A stretch of 64,000 nucleotides of DNA, from NCBI GenBank assembly GCA_965198115.1, contig OZ240241.1, positions 2,560,001 through 2,624,000 on the forward strand. The letters are read 5' to 3'. The translations under genes were made by a program, and so were the position numbers. Shown here piece by piece: positions 19,256 to 30,210 of the stretch. The notes below the pieces were generated by a model that searched no databases, had not been told where the DNA came from, and saw nothing but the letters and a program-made list of their open reading frames with translations. Source of the stretch: Candidatus Latescibacterota bacterium (GTDB taxonomy: Bacteria > Latescibacterota > UBA2968). The first letter of the stretch is position 1; each line of letters begins with the position of its first letter.

Positions 19256-19921
19256 CTATGTCGATGCACCCAACAGGAAAACCGCGAACGTGTCCTGCGC
19301 CCAGACTGACCTGACCACATCGAAACCCGCGTCTGCCGCCGCATCGATCGTTTCCGCTTCAGTCAGTGGGAAATCACGGGTCCCTTCCTTCTCGAAATTC
19401 CGTTCGATCAGACCATCCGAACATCCTGACGCACGCGCGTGCTCGATTCGCGTTCTCACCCATCGATCCTGGACCTCAGGGTCCTCGTGACGGATCAAGT
19501 CGCCCCAGACGAAGATGCCGTTCGGCTCCAACCATTCGCGAATGCGGCTGAGTAATGCCAACTTGGGCGCGTGGGAGATGTTGTGAAGGACCAGGTTCGA
19601 ATAAATGGCCCCATACAGGCGGTCGGACACGAAATCGATGATGTTCGCGTGGACAAAAGTCACCCGGTCATTCGCAGAGAGGCGATCCTTCGCCCGCGCC
19701 ATCATATCCGCCGACACCTCGACGGCTGTCAGACACGCATAGTCCACCGCTTGGACAGCCGCTTCCGCGAGGTTGCCGACACCCGACCCGATCTCCAGGA
19801 TCGACGAGGGCCGCTCCCGTTCGAGTGTCCGCGTGATACACGCCACCATCTCATCATACCCGGGGACCAGCTGACGGATTTTGACGTCGTAATCCTGACT
19901 GAGGTCGGTGTAGTAGTCCAT
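19256..19921 (-). CDS. class I SAM-dependent methyltransferase
   Basis: ILEIGSGVG motif I, VEVSADM, SNLVLHN, LEPNG. Confidence 0.88.
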   Translation of the reverse strand: MDYYTDLSQDYDVKIRQLVPGYDEMVACITRTLERERPSSILEIGSGVGNLAEAAVQAVDYACLTAVEVSADMMARAKDRLSANDRVTFVHANIIDFVSDRLYGAIYSNLVLHNISHAPKLALLSRIREWLEPNGIFVWGDLIRHEDPEVQDRWVRTRIEHARASGCSDGLIERNFEKEGTRDFPLTEAETIDAAADAGFDVVRSVWAQDTFAVFLLGAST

Positions 19922-19931
19922 CGGGAGGGAT

Positions 19932-20939
19932 TTACAAATGGCGCTCCAGAAACGGAGCCGCCAGGTCCCACTTGAGGAAGTGACCTTCGGGATGGAGGAC
20001 ATAATCGAAACAGTCCTCCGCATCGCACTTCGCATACGCCGTCGCTACCGTTTCGACCATCGCGTCTCGGTCGTCTGGCGTGATCAGTCCGTCCAGCGCC
20101 CCTGCCTGCAGCTGCATCGGTCGTGGGGCGATCAGACTGAACAGCTCGGGCACGTCACCATACTGGAGGATCCCTGGAAAGTACTGAATCCCGCACGAAC
20201 TAAGCTTCAGCGAGCGCTCGCGGAATACGTTCATACAACCCGCAGGCACACTTGCTTTAATTCGACGTTCAAAGATCGTCAGCCACATCGTCGTTCTGCC
20301 CCCGTAGGAGTTTCCGATGCAGCCGATTCTTTCGGAATCGACCACGGGCATTTCGCACAAGGCGTCGACCGCCGCCTGTCCGTCCTGGATGTGCAGATCG
20401 GTCACGTTCATCCCATACAGCGATGCGGCATTTTGAATCACATTGCACTTGTCCCGGCCACCGACCTGTTCCAGATGTCCATCCCGCCCGTGCCATCCCC
20501 ACCAGGATGGCGCGATCACGACGTACCCATCGCTCACGGCTGAAAGGCCATACGCGCGTTTCGCTCCCTCTTCGTCCAACTCTCCCACACCACACGTCGC
20601 GTCGATACCCCGCTGAACGTGTCCGTGCGAAGCGATCAATGCCGGGCGTTTCTCACCCTCCGAGAGATCGTTTGGAATCAGCACGTAGGCGATCAGTGCC
20701 GACACCTCCGAAACGGCGATACGAACGGTCTTGCGAGTGTGATTCTCCTCCTCGTCCTCCGAAATGACCTCCACATCCAACGCGACACGCTCGGGCAGTG
20801 GCCCGCGCAGCGTCGTCACGGCATTGCGAAACTTCCGCTGCCACGTTTCGAAATCGCCCTCTCCGTCGTACTGCATCAGCGGAGGTCGAGCTTCGCCATA
20901 GGCGTCTATGAACGAAATGAACGACTCGGGCTGTGTCAT
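19932..20939 (-). CDS. alpha/beta hydrolase (dienelactone hydrolase/acetylxylan esterase-like)
   Basis: RPALIASHGH, GNSYGG nucleophile elbow, LIAPRP, EGH. Confidence 0.88.
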   Translation of the reverse strand: MTQPESFISFIDAYGEARPPLMQYDGEGDFETWQRKFRNAVTTLRGPLPERVALDVEVISEDEEENHTRKTVRIAVSEVSALIAYVLIPNDLSEGEKRPALIASHGHVQRGIDATCGVGELDEEGAKRAYGLSAVSDGYVVIAPSWWGWHGRDGHLEQVGGRDKCNVIQNAASLYGMNVTDLHIQDGQAAVDALCEMPVVDSERIGCIGNSYGGRTTMWLTIFERRIKASVPAGCMNVFRERSLKLSSCGIQYFPGILQYGDVPELFSLIAPRPMQLQAGALDGLITPDDRDAMVETVATAYAKCDAEDCFDYVLHPEGHFLKWDLAAPFLERHL

Positions 20940-21062
20940 AGGGGGTCTCCTGGCAATCGCCGAGATTCCTGGTTGGTCTGCCTACTTTTCAGTGGCGGGC
21001 TGGCTGGCAATCTGCATCTTACCCGCTGCCTGAAAACCACGCAACGAAAATGGGAGGTCACC

Positions 21063-21803
21063 GTGCAATCACCCAACCGAATCCTCGAACGTGTTCGCAA
21101 CGGCGAAAAAGCGCTCGGTCTTTCGATGCAATATCCGGCCGAGCAATGGGTCGAAATCGCCGCGCGTATGGGCTTCGACTTCGTGTCCTTCGACGGCCAA
21201 CACGGCGTCGTGACACACCAGCAGATCGAAACGATGTGCCGACTGGCCGACGGCTACGGCATCACACCCACAATGCGCGTGCCGGACGAACACGAAAGCA
21301 CGCTCTTCCTGTTTTTGGACCGCGGCATCCGAATGGCCACCGTCCCGAACCTACGAACAGCGGAAGAGGCGGAACGCCTCGTGAAGTACTGTTTCTACGG
21401 GCCCATCGGACGACGCAGCGCCACGAGCCAGCGAGTGATTTTTGGTTCGGGTGGCGACAGCTCGGATTCGAAGCACGTCTTCAACTTCGCCAACGAGAAT
21501 ACGATCATCGTGCCGCAGCTCGAAAGCAAGGAAGCGTTTGACAACCTCGACGAGATCCTGGAAGTCGACGGCCTCGACTATTTCGCCGGAGGACCGCAGG
21601 ACATCGCTCAATCGATGGGCTATCACGGCGAGCCGAACCATCCCGAAAGCGTCGCGGCCTTCAACGCTGCGTGCGACAAGGTGCGTGCCGCCGGAAAGCA
21701 TATGATCAGCGACGTGACCGAATCGATCGACGTGTATGCATCCGTTTATGACGCCAGCAAGGAGTTCCTGGAGAGTCACGGACGCGAGTGCGGTCTCAAG
21801 TAA
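21063..21803 (+). CDS. HpcH/HpaI aldolase family protein
   Basis: GTG 21063 after GGAGGT; GFDFVSFDGQHG, YGPIGRRS, PQLES, GPQDIAQSMG. Confidence 0.88.
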   Translation: MQSPNRILERVRNGEKALGLSMQYPAEQWVEIAARMGFDFVSFDGQHGVVTHQQIETMCRLADGYGITPTMRVPDEHESTLFLFLDRGIRMATVPNLRTAEEAERLVKYCFYGPIGRRSATSQRVIFGSGGDSSDSKHVFNFANENTIIVPQLESKEAFDNLDEILEVDGLDYFAGGPQDIAQSMGYHGEPNHPESVAAFNAACDKVRAAGKHMISDVTESIDVYASVYDASKEFLESHGRECGLK

Positions 21804-21845
21804 TCGAGAACCGAATATCGAGAATTGAAAGATGGCTTAGTCAAG

Positions 21846-21870
21846 AAAGTGGCCCCGGGGCCACTTTTAT
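21846..21870. terminator. putative bidirectional terminator
   Basis: Perfect 22-bp palindrome AAAGTGGCCCCGGGGCCACTTT between convergent genes. Confidence 0.55.
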
Positions 21871-21990
21871 AGAAAAATCGCATATCTTTAATAAAAACAG
21901 TGTATTGTTCGTTCTTCGGATCTGCCCGTTTACCGTCTACCGTCAACCGTCTACTGCTTACCCGCACCGGTGCTCAGCCCCACGACCCGG

Positions 21991-22836
21991 TCACAGGTCA
22001 TCGATAAACCGCAACTCCGCCTCCAACGCTTTCTCCCCATACCAATGCTCCAACAATAGCGTCGCATCCCAATCCTTCAATCGTGCGTGGAGCTCGTCGG
22101 GCAGCGTATCCTCGTGCAGGCTCATATGCGTATCCTGACGCCCCACATTCGTCACGAGGTCGTTCCCGTTCCAGTGGATGTGGCGGAGCGCATCCCCCGC
22201 ATCCAGATAGCGGAGCATTAACGCTTCGCGCTCCTGTGTGTCGGTCAGGGTCTGTACGTAGGTGCAGGCGTGGCTCGTATCCAGACACAGAAAGACGTTC
22301 GACCGATCGACGTCTCGCTGAATCCCGATCCACTCGTCGGGTTCCACACCGAAGTATTCGTTCTGAGCTGCCCTGTCGACCTGGGCTGCCGGCGTATCCT
22401 CCGACACCCCTTCCCAGTAGGCTCGATTGTTCTCGACCACCACCATCAGCCCGTGACTGTCGGCTTTGTCGCCGATACGACGGATCGCGTCGATCAATCG
22501 ATCGTATGTTCCCTGGAGCGGCCTTGCGTCGCTCGCCCAGCGCTTCGGCGAGCAGTGCATATTGATCTTCTCCAGGTTGGGAAACTTCGTGTGTGCTCCG
22601 TCGATGTAGGCTTCGATCTCCGCGATCCCGGTCTCCCGCAACGCGTCATCCACATCGGCGATACTCGTCCGCCCGGCCTTGGAGCTGAAGGGCGCGTGCG
22701 CGGTAAGTACGAGATCCTCTACCCCTTCCTGCGCGCTGTCTCCGAGCCTCGTTCCCGCCTCTGCCCCGAACCCGTATCGCGACAGAACCTCGCGTCCGGC
22801 CCCGCACGGCAGCAAAATCGTGTCTGGTCTGCTCAT
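21991..22836 (-). CDS. TIM-barrel sugar phosphate isomerase/AP endonuclease 2-like protein
   Basis: HAPF, NMH, VVENN, CLDTSHA, HIHWN..D.H, LLEH motifs. Confidence 0.8.
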   Translation of the reverse strand: MSRPDTILLPCGAGREVLSRYGFGAEAGTRLGDSAQEGVEDLVLTAHAPFSSKAGRTSIADVDDALRETGIAEIEAYIDGAHTKFPNLEKINMHCSPKRWASDARPLQGTYDRLIDAIRRIGDKADSHGLMVVVENNRAYWEGVSEDTPAAQVDRAAQNEYFGVEPDEWIGIQRDVDRSNVFLCLDTSHACTYVQTLTDTQEREALMLRYLDAGDALRHIHWNGNDLVTNVGRQDTHMSLHEDTLPDELHARLKDWDATLLLEHWYGEKALEAELRFIDDL

Positions 22837-23897
22837 TCCGTATTACCCCCGTCCGTCAGGTGGGCATAGGTGGTCCCATCGAGACTGCCACCTGTCTCCT
22901 CAAACCCATCCAGGTTGAGATCCTTGAGTCGAAACGTCGTTTCGTGCCGAATCGCGTTCACCACCGTCTCGCCCGGACTCTCCATCTTGACGCGTTCTTC
23001 GTCCGGCAGACGGGGAACCCATCTTGGGAACTGACCATTCATCCGCATCGTGTCCGTCGACTCGGGCGGACGACCCAGATTGACCAGGGATCGATCTGCG
23101 GTGACCGAATCGACGAAACCGTGTTCGTTTTCCCATTGTGTCAAACGCTGGTGCATCGTCCCCGCGCGACTGACATCTTCTTTCGCGACCTCACCCAACA
23201 GTCGATTGCAGTCCTCGCACGGATCGTCGGCCAGATTGTAGAGCTCTCGCCATCCGTCCGCGAGCCAGACATTGTATTTCCAGTCGTCCTCCCGCAGCGA
23301 CAGCCACCGACTCTCGCCACAGCCGATCTCCACGATCATTTCATCCCGTCGTTCGCCCAGCCCGCCTCCCTGCCATCCCAGAAGCGAGGCGCCCGCAAGC
23401 GGCTTCTCTCCCGGATACGCGAGCTCCGCAACATCTAAAAATGTGGGCACCAGGTCGAGCAAACTGACGGGTTCGTCATTGTCGATTCCCGCTTCGATGC
23501 GTCCCGGCAATCGTACGAGCATCGGCACGCGCACGCTACCCTCGTAGGGAATCCCCTTCTGCCACAGACCGTGATCACCCATCATCTCACCGTGATCGGA
23601 CACGATCGTATTTTCCGCAAGCCCTATATCGTCGAGCGGCTCAAGGATCCGTCCTACCCCCTTATCGATCAGGCTGATGCTCCCCGCGTAGAGCGCCTTG
23701 ACGCGCCTCAGCATCTCGGGAGACGCGTCACCCATATCGAAAGCGTTTGTGATGCCGCGATGGCGACCCGGTAGCGTCGCCACGTCTCGATCGAAATTGT
23801 GGGGCAACGGCAACGCATCGGGATCGTAGAGACTCGCAAAAGGCTCCGGCGGATTCCACGGTGGGTGTGGCGCAATCCAACTCGACCAGCAGAAAAC

Positions 23898-25319
23898 GGC
23901 TATATCCGGATCTCTCAACGAGATGAAGTGGGTGAAGGTGCCGTGGTTCCTGGCATGGGGGCGCGGTTAGAGTGTGCGGAACCTCTTCGGAATCTGCTCA
24001 GGGATGTTTATGTCTCCGACGGTAAGGAAGATCATATCGTTGAATGCGTCGAGTGTGCGGAATCCGCTGGCTCGGTTCTTGACGATTTGGACGATTCGGT
24101 TGAGGCCTTCGGCGATGGCGTTGGTAAGACGCGTGTTCACGAATGCGAGGACGCCGAAGAAGTGCTGTCGCAGGGTCCTGACGAACTTTCGCAGGGGTTC
24201 ACGTCGACTTCTGAGTGCGGACGTCGTCCAGCATTTCAGGAAGCGTTCGGCAGCCCAGGGCGCTTTGTATTCCCAGAACTGCTCGAACTCGTCCTTGAGT
24301 CTCCAGGCTCTATAGATTCGGTAGTTCGCCTTCTCCAGTGCTTTGAGTGTCCGAGTATCCCCTCTGGAGCGTGTCGCTGAGTGCCGGTAGAGGAGCCATC
24401 GGAGGCCCTTCATGGCTTTGCGCTCATCCGGGGCAGCTTTACGCCACTGGTCCTTACGGACCTCGTCAACGGCGGCATATTGAGAGCCTTGACGATGTGA
24501 AAGCGATCGAGGACCAGCTTGGCATTCGGACAGTGTTCCTGGATGGCTCCGATGTAAGCTTCGCTCATGTCGCAGCAGGCCCACTCGATCTTGGATCTCC
24601 GGTAGGGACTGAGAGCCTCTGTGAAGAACCGATCGATCGTTTTACGCGCCCTGCCGCGGCCAACCCACACCACGCAGGAGCGGTCCAGATCGTAAACGAG
24701 CGTGGCGTACCTGTGACGCTTGGCGTAGGAGATCTCGTCGATCCCGATGGTTTTGAGCCCTCGGATACGATGACCTTCACGAAGCCGCGTGATGGATCGG
24801 TGAAGGAGATCCGACAGCGTCGAGGCAGAGATGCGCAGTAACTCGGACGCCGCCTTCTGCGTCATGGTCTGGCAGTAGCGCAGCATGGCATACTCGAAGC
24901 GATACGTCACCCGAGAGAACCGCTCCGCCCACGGAATCTCCTCGACCACACGACCGTGGGTAGGACACCGAATCTCCCGAGGATGGTAGAGAAGCCAGAC
25001 CCTCCACCCGCACACCGGAATGTCACGCCACCGACGCGGATGGGGCATTGTGCGGACGATTTTACCTCGACGGCCGCACTCCGGACAACAACAACCATTC
25101 TTATGTGGCTTTACGGCGATGACGAAACAGCTTCTCCCCTCAAACCACCAGCTGACAACACGGAACCCCTTGAATCTCAGCAGTTTCGATAGTAATCTGC
25201 TCCCGGTCATAGGTCGCACCCCCTTCGCTTTGATTGTCCTACACACACAACCAAGCGTAGGGAACGATCTATGACCTTGTCATTCTATAGTTTCACCGTT
25301 GAGAAACCCGGATAGAGCC
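23898..25319 (-). mobile_element. ISL3 family insertion sequence (about 1.42 kb)
   Basis: Terminal inverted repeats GGCTATATCCGGATCTCTCAACG / CGTTGAGAAACCCGGATAGAGCC; flanking 8-bp near-duplication CAGAAAAC / CAGAAAAA. Confidence 0.9.
23967..25210 (-). CDS. ISL3 family transposase, frameshifted
   Basis: CPECG..CPTHG zinc finger, IGIDE, CDMS..Y, LDRFH, TNAIAEGLN..K..A.GFR; indel near 24478. Confidence 0.92.
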
Positions 25320-26015
25320 CAGAAAAAAGGGCTTCTCCTGATTGCTCGCCAGGAATTCGATCGTCCGATCGGCGACCCAGCTGCTGCCGTGATGTTCTTC
25401 CGGGATGACCGAAACCTGCGGAAGGTGATAGAGCAGATTCCGAACCCCGTGGGCCTCGCGTTTGTGACCGTAGCCGACGAACTGTAAATAGGTCAGATAC
25501 TCGTCTTCGTCCCGAAAGTCCGGGATCTCCTCCATCAGCTCCATCTTGTGGAATCCGAAATGCCGTCGCACGGACCGAAAATGCATCTTGCCGATCGCTC
25601 GGGTGCGATACCCGTTCAATCCCAGGATCTGCTGGATCGTCGGGACCATCGGCTCGGGGTTCGGAACGTTGTTGCTGTAACGACCGTGCACGGCGCATCG
25701 ATGTCCCGTCATAAAGGAATGCCTCGCCGCCACACAGACAGGCACGGGCGTCACGCACTGCGAGAACCGTGTCCCCTCAGCAGCCAACCGGTCGAGCGCC
25801 GGCGTCCGAACCCACGGATTCCCAGCGCATCCCATATAATCCGCCCGCATCTGGTCCACCATCAGAACCAGAATGTTGGGCGTCGTGGCAATGATTTCAG
25901 ATGGCATTGAAGAAACCCTTTGGCTTGGGACTAAGGCTGATGCAGCAATGCGCCCCTGTGCGAGGCACGAGGGCGCCATAGCCACGCCCGCTCTCCCCGT
26001 CTCCCGCTCGCCCCC

Positions 26016-26919
26016 TCAGTCTTTCCAGGTCATCAGAGGTTCGAGGTCTCCGAGAATCTCATCCAAATAAGCCGAACTCGTCCAGAGGCATCTGCCCATT
26101 TCGCTTGTAAGCGCTCTTGATCACTCCACGCCGTTTGAGAACTTCCTTATAGCAGCCCGGCAGTTGGTGCTCGAAGTGAAACAGCGGGCTCATCTCCTTG
26201 TAGATGTGCATCGTGCGTTCAGCGTCACCTTCCTCGAGAGCCTTCCAGAGCTGGACGACAACATCCGTTACGTGACAACCTGGCATCTGTCCACAGGCGC
26301 CCCGCCGATGTTCTTCGACCAGATAGCGCCCTCCGGCTCCCCCCATCACACCTTTGCAGGATCCGGAATTGTTCTCGAGTAAACGGGTGATGGCGAGTGT
26401 GGAAGGGGGCGTCTCTTCCTTGATGTATTCGACGTGTTCGATTTCATCACACATCTGGTTCACAAACTCTGCGGACATCACCGTTCCGATGGGGGGCGGA
26501 TTGTTCTGAACCCACACGGGCAGACCCGCCGCGCGCGCAATCATCTCATAGTATTCGTAGATCGCCGCCATCGCAGGTGCTTTCTTCCACGCATAAGGAG
26601 GCATCGCGATCACGCTGTCGGCACCGATCTCTCGCGCGTGAGCGGCGAACTTCGCGGCGGCCTGTCCGGACAGATGCTGGATCCCGATCACGGTGGGCAC
26701 TCGGCCCGCACACTGATCGACGAGGATTTCCGACATCGTCCTGCGCTCCTCGTCAGAGAGCGTCGAAAATTCGCTCGCGTTGACCGGATAGACGAGGCCG
26801 TGGGCCCCGCAGTCGATGCAGAAATCGACAACACGGCAAAAACTCTCGGTATCGATCTCCCCCTTCTCGTCGAACGGTGTCGTTGGAATCGTGAAGATCC
26901 CACGGAATGCGTCTGCCAT
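26016..26919 (-). CDS. dihydrodipicolinate synthase family lyase (frameshift near the C-terminus)
   Basis: TTPFD, NASEF..LS.EER, AMPPY, YIKEE Schiff-base Lys. The ORF stops at 26059, but an alternative frame continues AYLDEILGDLEPLMTWKD to 26016. Confidence 0.85.
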
Positions 26920-27115
26920 ATGGTCTCCAGCAAAGTACAATGGCCGAGCAGGCGACTCGGCGAACGCGCGTGGCAGTTATCCTCCCCCGCGCTGCCCTCC
27001 GCTTAAAGGGGAGGAGTTACAAAAGTCACAGCCACGCCTGCTCGCACCCACGCCCCGCTCGATCTTTATGATCATTCTTACTCATCCTAATGCGAGACGA
27101 AGGCGTACCCTACCG

Positions 27116-27916
27116 CTAATACCGTTCCGGAACGTGCGTCTGCTCGTCTTCGGGCGGGCGGACATATCCATCGTCTTCTTGACGCGGCGGCATTTCGATC
27201 GGATCGGGTGTCAGGTCTTCGTGGGAAACCATCGAGAGCAGATGGTTGATGCAATTGAGGCGCAGCAATCGCTTGCAATCCGAATGGACTACATACCAGG
27301 GGGAGTGTTTCGTATCCGTGTGGAAGAACATATCGTCCTTCGCCTTCGAGTAGTCGACCCACCGGGTACGTGAAGCGAGATCCGTCGGGCTCAGTTTCCA
27401 TCGTTTTGTCGGGTCGTCTATCCGCTCCTGGAACCGCTTCTCCTGTTCCTCGTCGCTCACGGAGAACCAGTATTTGATCAGAATGATCCCCGACCGAATC
27501 AGCATTCGCTCCAGTTCTGGAACGGTTCTGAAGAACTCCTCCACATCCTCATCAGTACAGAACCCCATCACGCGCTCCACGCCGGCTCGATTGTACCAGC
27601 TCCGATCGAACAGAACGAGCTCACCCGCCGCTGGCAAGTGCGGGATGTAACGCTGGAAATACCACTGCGATTGTTCCCGCATCGAGGGCGCAGGAAGCGC
27701 CACAACGCGACATCCGCGTGGATTGAGAGGTTCTGTGATCCGCTTGATCACGCCACCCTTGCCTGCTGCGTCTCTGCCTTCGAAAAGCACGAGCACTTTA
27801 AGGCCGCGATCCTTGATCCAGCCCTGGAGGGTCACCAACTCATCCTGAAGTCGCGACAGCTCTTTCTCGTATGCCTTCTTCTGCACGCGACGGGTGACCT
27901 TAGATCCCTTGCCCAT
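27116..27916 (-). CDS. ppk2: polyphosphate kinase 2
   Basis: FEGRDAAGKGG, WYFQRY..HLP, FDRSWYNRAGVERVMGFC, WKLS. Confidence 0.95.
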   Translation of the reverse strand: MGKGSKVTRRVQKKAYEKELSRLQDELVTLQGWIKDRGLKVLVLFEGRDAAGKGGVIKRITEPLNPRGCRVVALPAPSMREQSQWYFQRYIPHLPAAGELVLFDRSWYNRAGVERVMGFCTDEDVEEFFRTVPELERMLIRSGIILIKYWFSVSDEEQEKRFQERIDDPTKRWKLSPTDLASRTRWVDYSKAKDDMFFHTDTKHSPWYVVHSDCKRLLRLNCINHLLSMVSHEDLTPDPIEMPPRQEDDGYVRPPEDEQTHVPERY

Positions 27917-28151
27917 CTTGATACCTCCACACCCTTCAATCGACTCATTGAGAACAGGGGCCCTCGAAATTAGCAGCCCCTCCATTTAATCCGGCCTGCG
28001 CCAGCGCAATGTAAGCACTTCTTTCAGAATTCTAAACAGTCAAGACCACAGAAAAGTACCGTCAGACTGCGATGCCTCGTCTTGCGGCGGCCACAGGAGC
28101 GACCTTATCTTGGCCGCCGTTCTGTTCCTATCCGGAGGAAGGTATGGCAAA

Positions 28152-30210
28152 ATGGGGCAGCTGATCGGCATCGACATTGGGGGCACCTTCACAGACTTCG
28201 TTCTCGTCGACCCCGCAACACAGGACATACAGACCCACAAGGTCCCGTCGATTCCGAGCGATCCAGCGAACGCCCTGGTCGGTGGTCTGAAGGAGATGCA
28301 GCTTGACGCCATCGAAGCGATCGTGCACGGCACCACAGTCGCGACCAACGCCATCCTGGAACGAAAGGGTGCACGCTGCGGTCTGATCGCCACCCAGGGC
28401 TTCCGCGACATCCTGGAGCTCCGCCGACGCGACCGACCCCACGCATACGGTCTGACCGGCTCGTTCGAGCCATTGATTCCAAGAGACCGTCGCCTTGAAG
28501 TCGTGGAACGGATCGGATCGAACGGGGAGGTCCTGGTCCCGGTCGATGTCGATGCGGTCGAGGAAGTTGCCCGAAAGCTTCTCGAACGGGACGTGGAAGG
28601 CATCGTCGTCGCTTTCATGAATGCCTACGCGAACCGATCAACGAACAGAGGGCTCGCGACGCCATCAAATCGATCCGTCCCGACCTTCACGTGTCCTGTT
28701 CATCGGAGGTTCTGCCGCTCTTCCGCGAGTTCGAGCGCACGAGCACAGCAACGGTGAACGCCTACGTTCAACCGATTGTCGCCCGCTACCTCCAACGTGT
28801 CCAGGACCGTCTTGCCTCGGCCACCGGCTACGCCCGTAGCCTGCTCGTGATGCAGTCCAACGGCGGGATGCTCGACATCGACGCCCTCTCCGATTTTCCC
28901 GTCCAGACCGTCCTGTCAGGTCCCGCAGCTGGTGTGATGGGCGCGGTCCGTCTGGCCGCGGAACACGATGTCGACAACCTGATCACCTACGATATGGGCG
29001 GCACCAGCCTGGACGTAGCGCTCGTCTCAGACGGACGACCGGAGAGAACGAGCGGGACAGAGATCGAATTCGGCATTCCGATCGAATCGTCGATGATCGA
29101 CGTGCGGACCGTTGGAGCGGGCGGGGGCAGCATCGCCTGGATCGATGCGGGTGGAATCCTGCAGATCGGCCCGGAAAGCGCTGGAGGCGATCCGGGGCCC
29201 GTTTGCTACGGAGCGGGAGGCGAAGATCCCACAGTCACGGACGCCCTCGTCGTATTGGGTCGAATCAATCCGGACAGATCTATCACGGGCACGACGCTCG
29301 ATGTGGCACTCGCCCGCACAGCCCTCGAGCAAAGGATCGGAGAGCCGCTGGGGCTATCGACCGAACAGGCTGCATCAGCGATCATCACCGTGGCCACAAA
29401 TAGGATCTCCGGAAATCTCAGAAGGATCTCCATCGATCGAGGCCACGACCCGCGGGACTTCGCACTCTTCCCCTTCGGCGGGTGCGGGCCTCTCTTTGCG
29501 TGCCAGTTGCTCCAGGATCTGGGAATCGAGCAGGCAATCGTACCCACCTTTCCCGGAATTTCCTCTGCCTGGGGCTGCCTCGTCTCCGACGTACGACGCG
29601 ATTTCGTCCGGATGTTCAACAAGCGCCTCACCGACCTCGACCTGAAAGAGGTCGAGGAGACGATCAGGAACCACGCGGCCCAGGGAAGGGCATTCGTGGA
29701 AACGACTCACATTCCGACCGATCGCCTGACGGTCTCCGTCGAGGCAGACATCGGATTCGAGGGGCAGACCCACGTCGTCAGAACACCTCTTCCTGAGCAG
29801 AATCTGGAAGCATCAGACATCCGCAATGCTTTCAGGCAGCCTACGACAGGCAGTATGGCGTCGACAAGATCTCATTCGAAGGCCTGGCTGACCTGCTGGA
29901 TGAGTTACCCATTTGCGTTCTGAATGTCCGCACGAGCGTGGTTGGCGTTCGTCCGGAAGTCGCGCTCAAGAACCACCTGGAATCGCCAGCTTCGTCCCTG
30001 GCAGACGCAACCACGGGAGACCGACGTGTCTTCGTCGACGGCGAGTTTCAAGACTGTATGACTTTCGACAGAGAGCGAATCCCCTGGGGCTCGCAGATTT
30101 CCGGACCTGCCGTCATCGAGCAGAAGGACTGCACCGTCTGGATCGAACCTCGATTCACCGGCCAGGTCCTCGAAGGAGGGGCGCTGAAACTGGCGCGAGA
30201 AACCGAATGA
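28152..30210 (+). CDS. hydantoinase/oxoprolinase A subunit, two frameshifts
   Basis: IDIGGTFTD, HGTTVATNA, EFERTST, SGPAAG, DMGGTS, GAGGGS, PTVTDA, GPAVIEQ; indels near 28635 and 29833. Confidence 0.9.

Larger units (their letters stand above)
22833..25907 (-). pseudogene. formylglycine-type sulfatase split by ISL3
   Basis: 5' part 25320-25907 (PNILVLMVDQMRAD, PVCVAAR, GKMHF, EKPFF) and 3' part 22833-23897 (CWSSWIAPHPP, SDHGE, VPML, ELYNLADDPCE) flank the IS. Confidence 0.9.
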
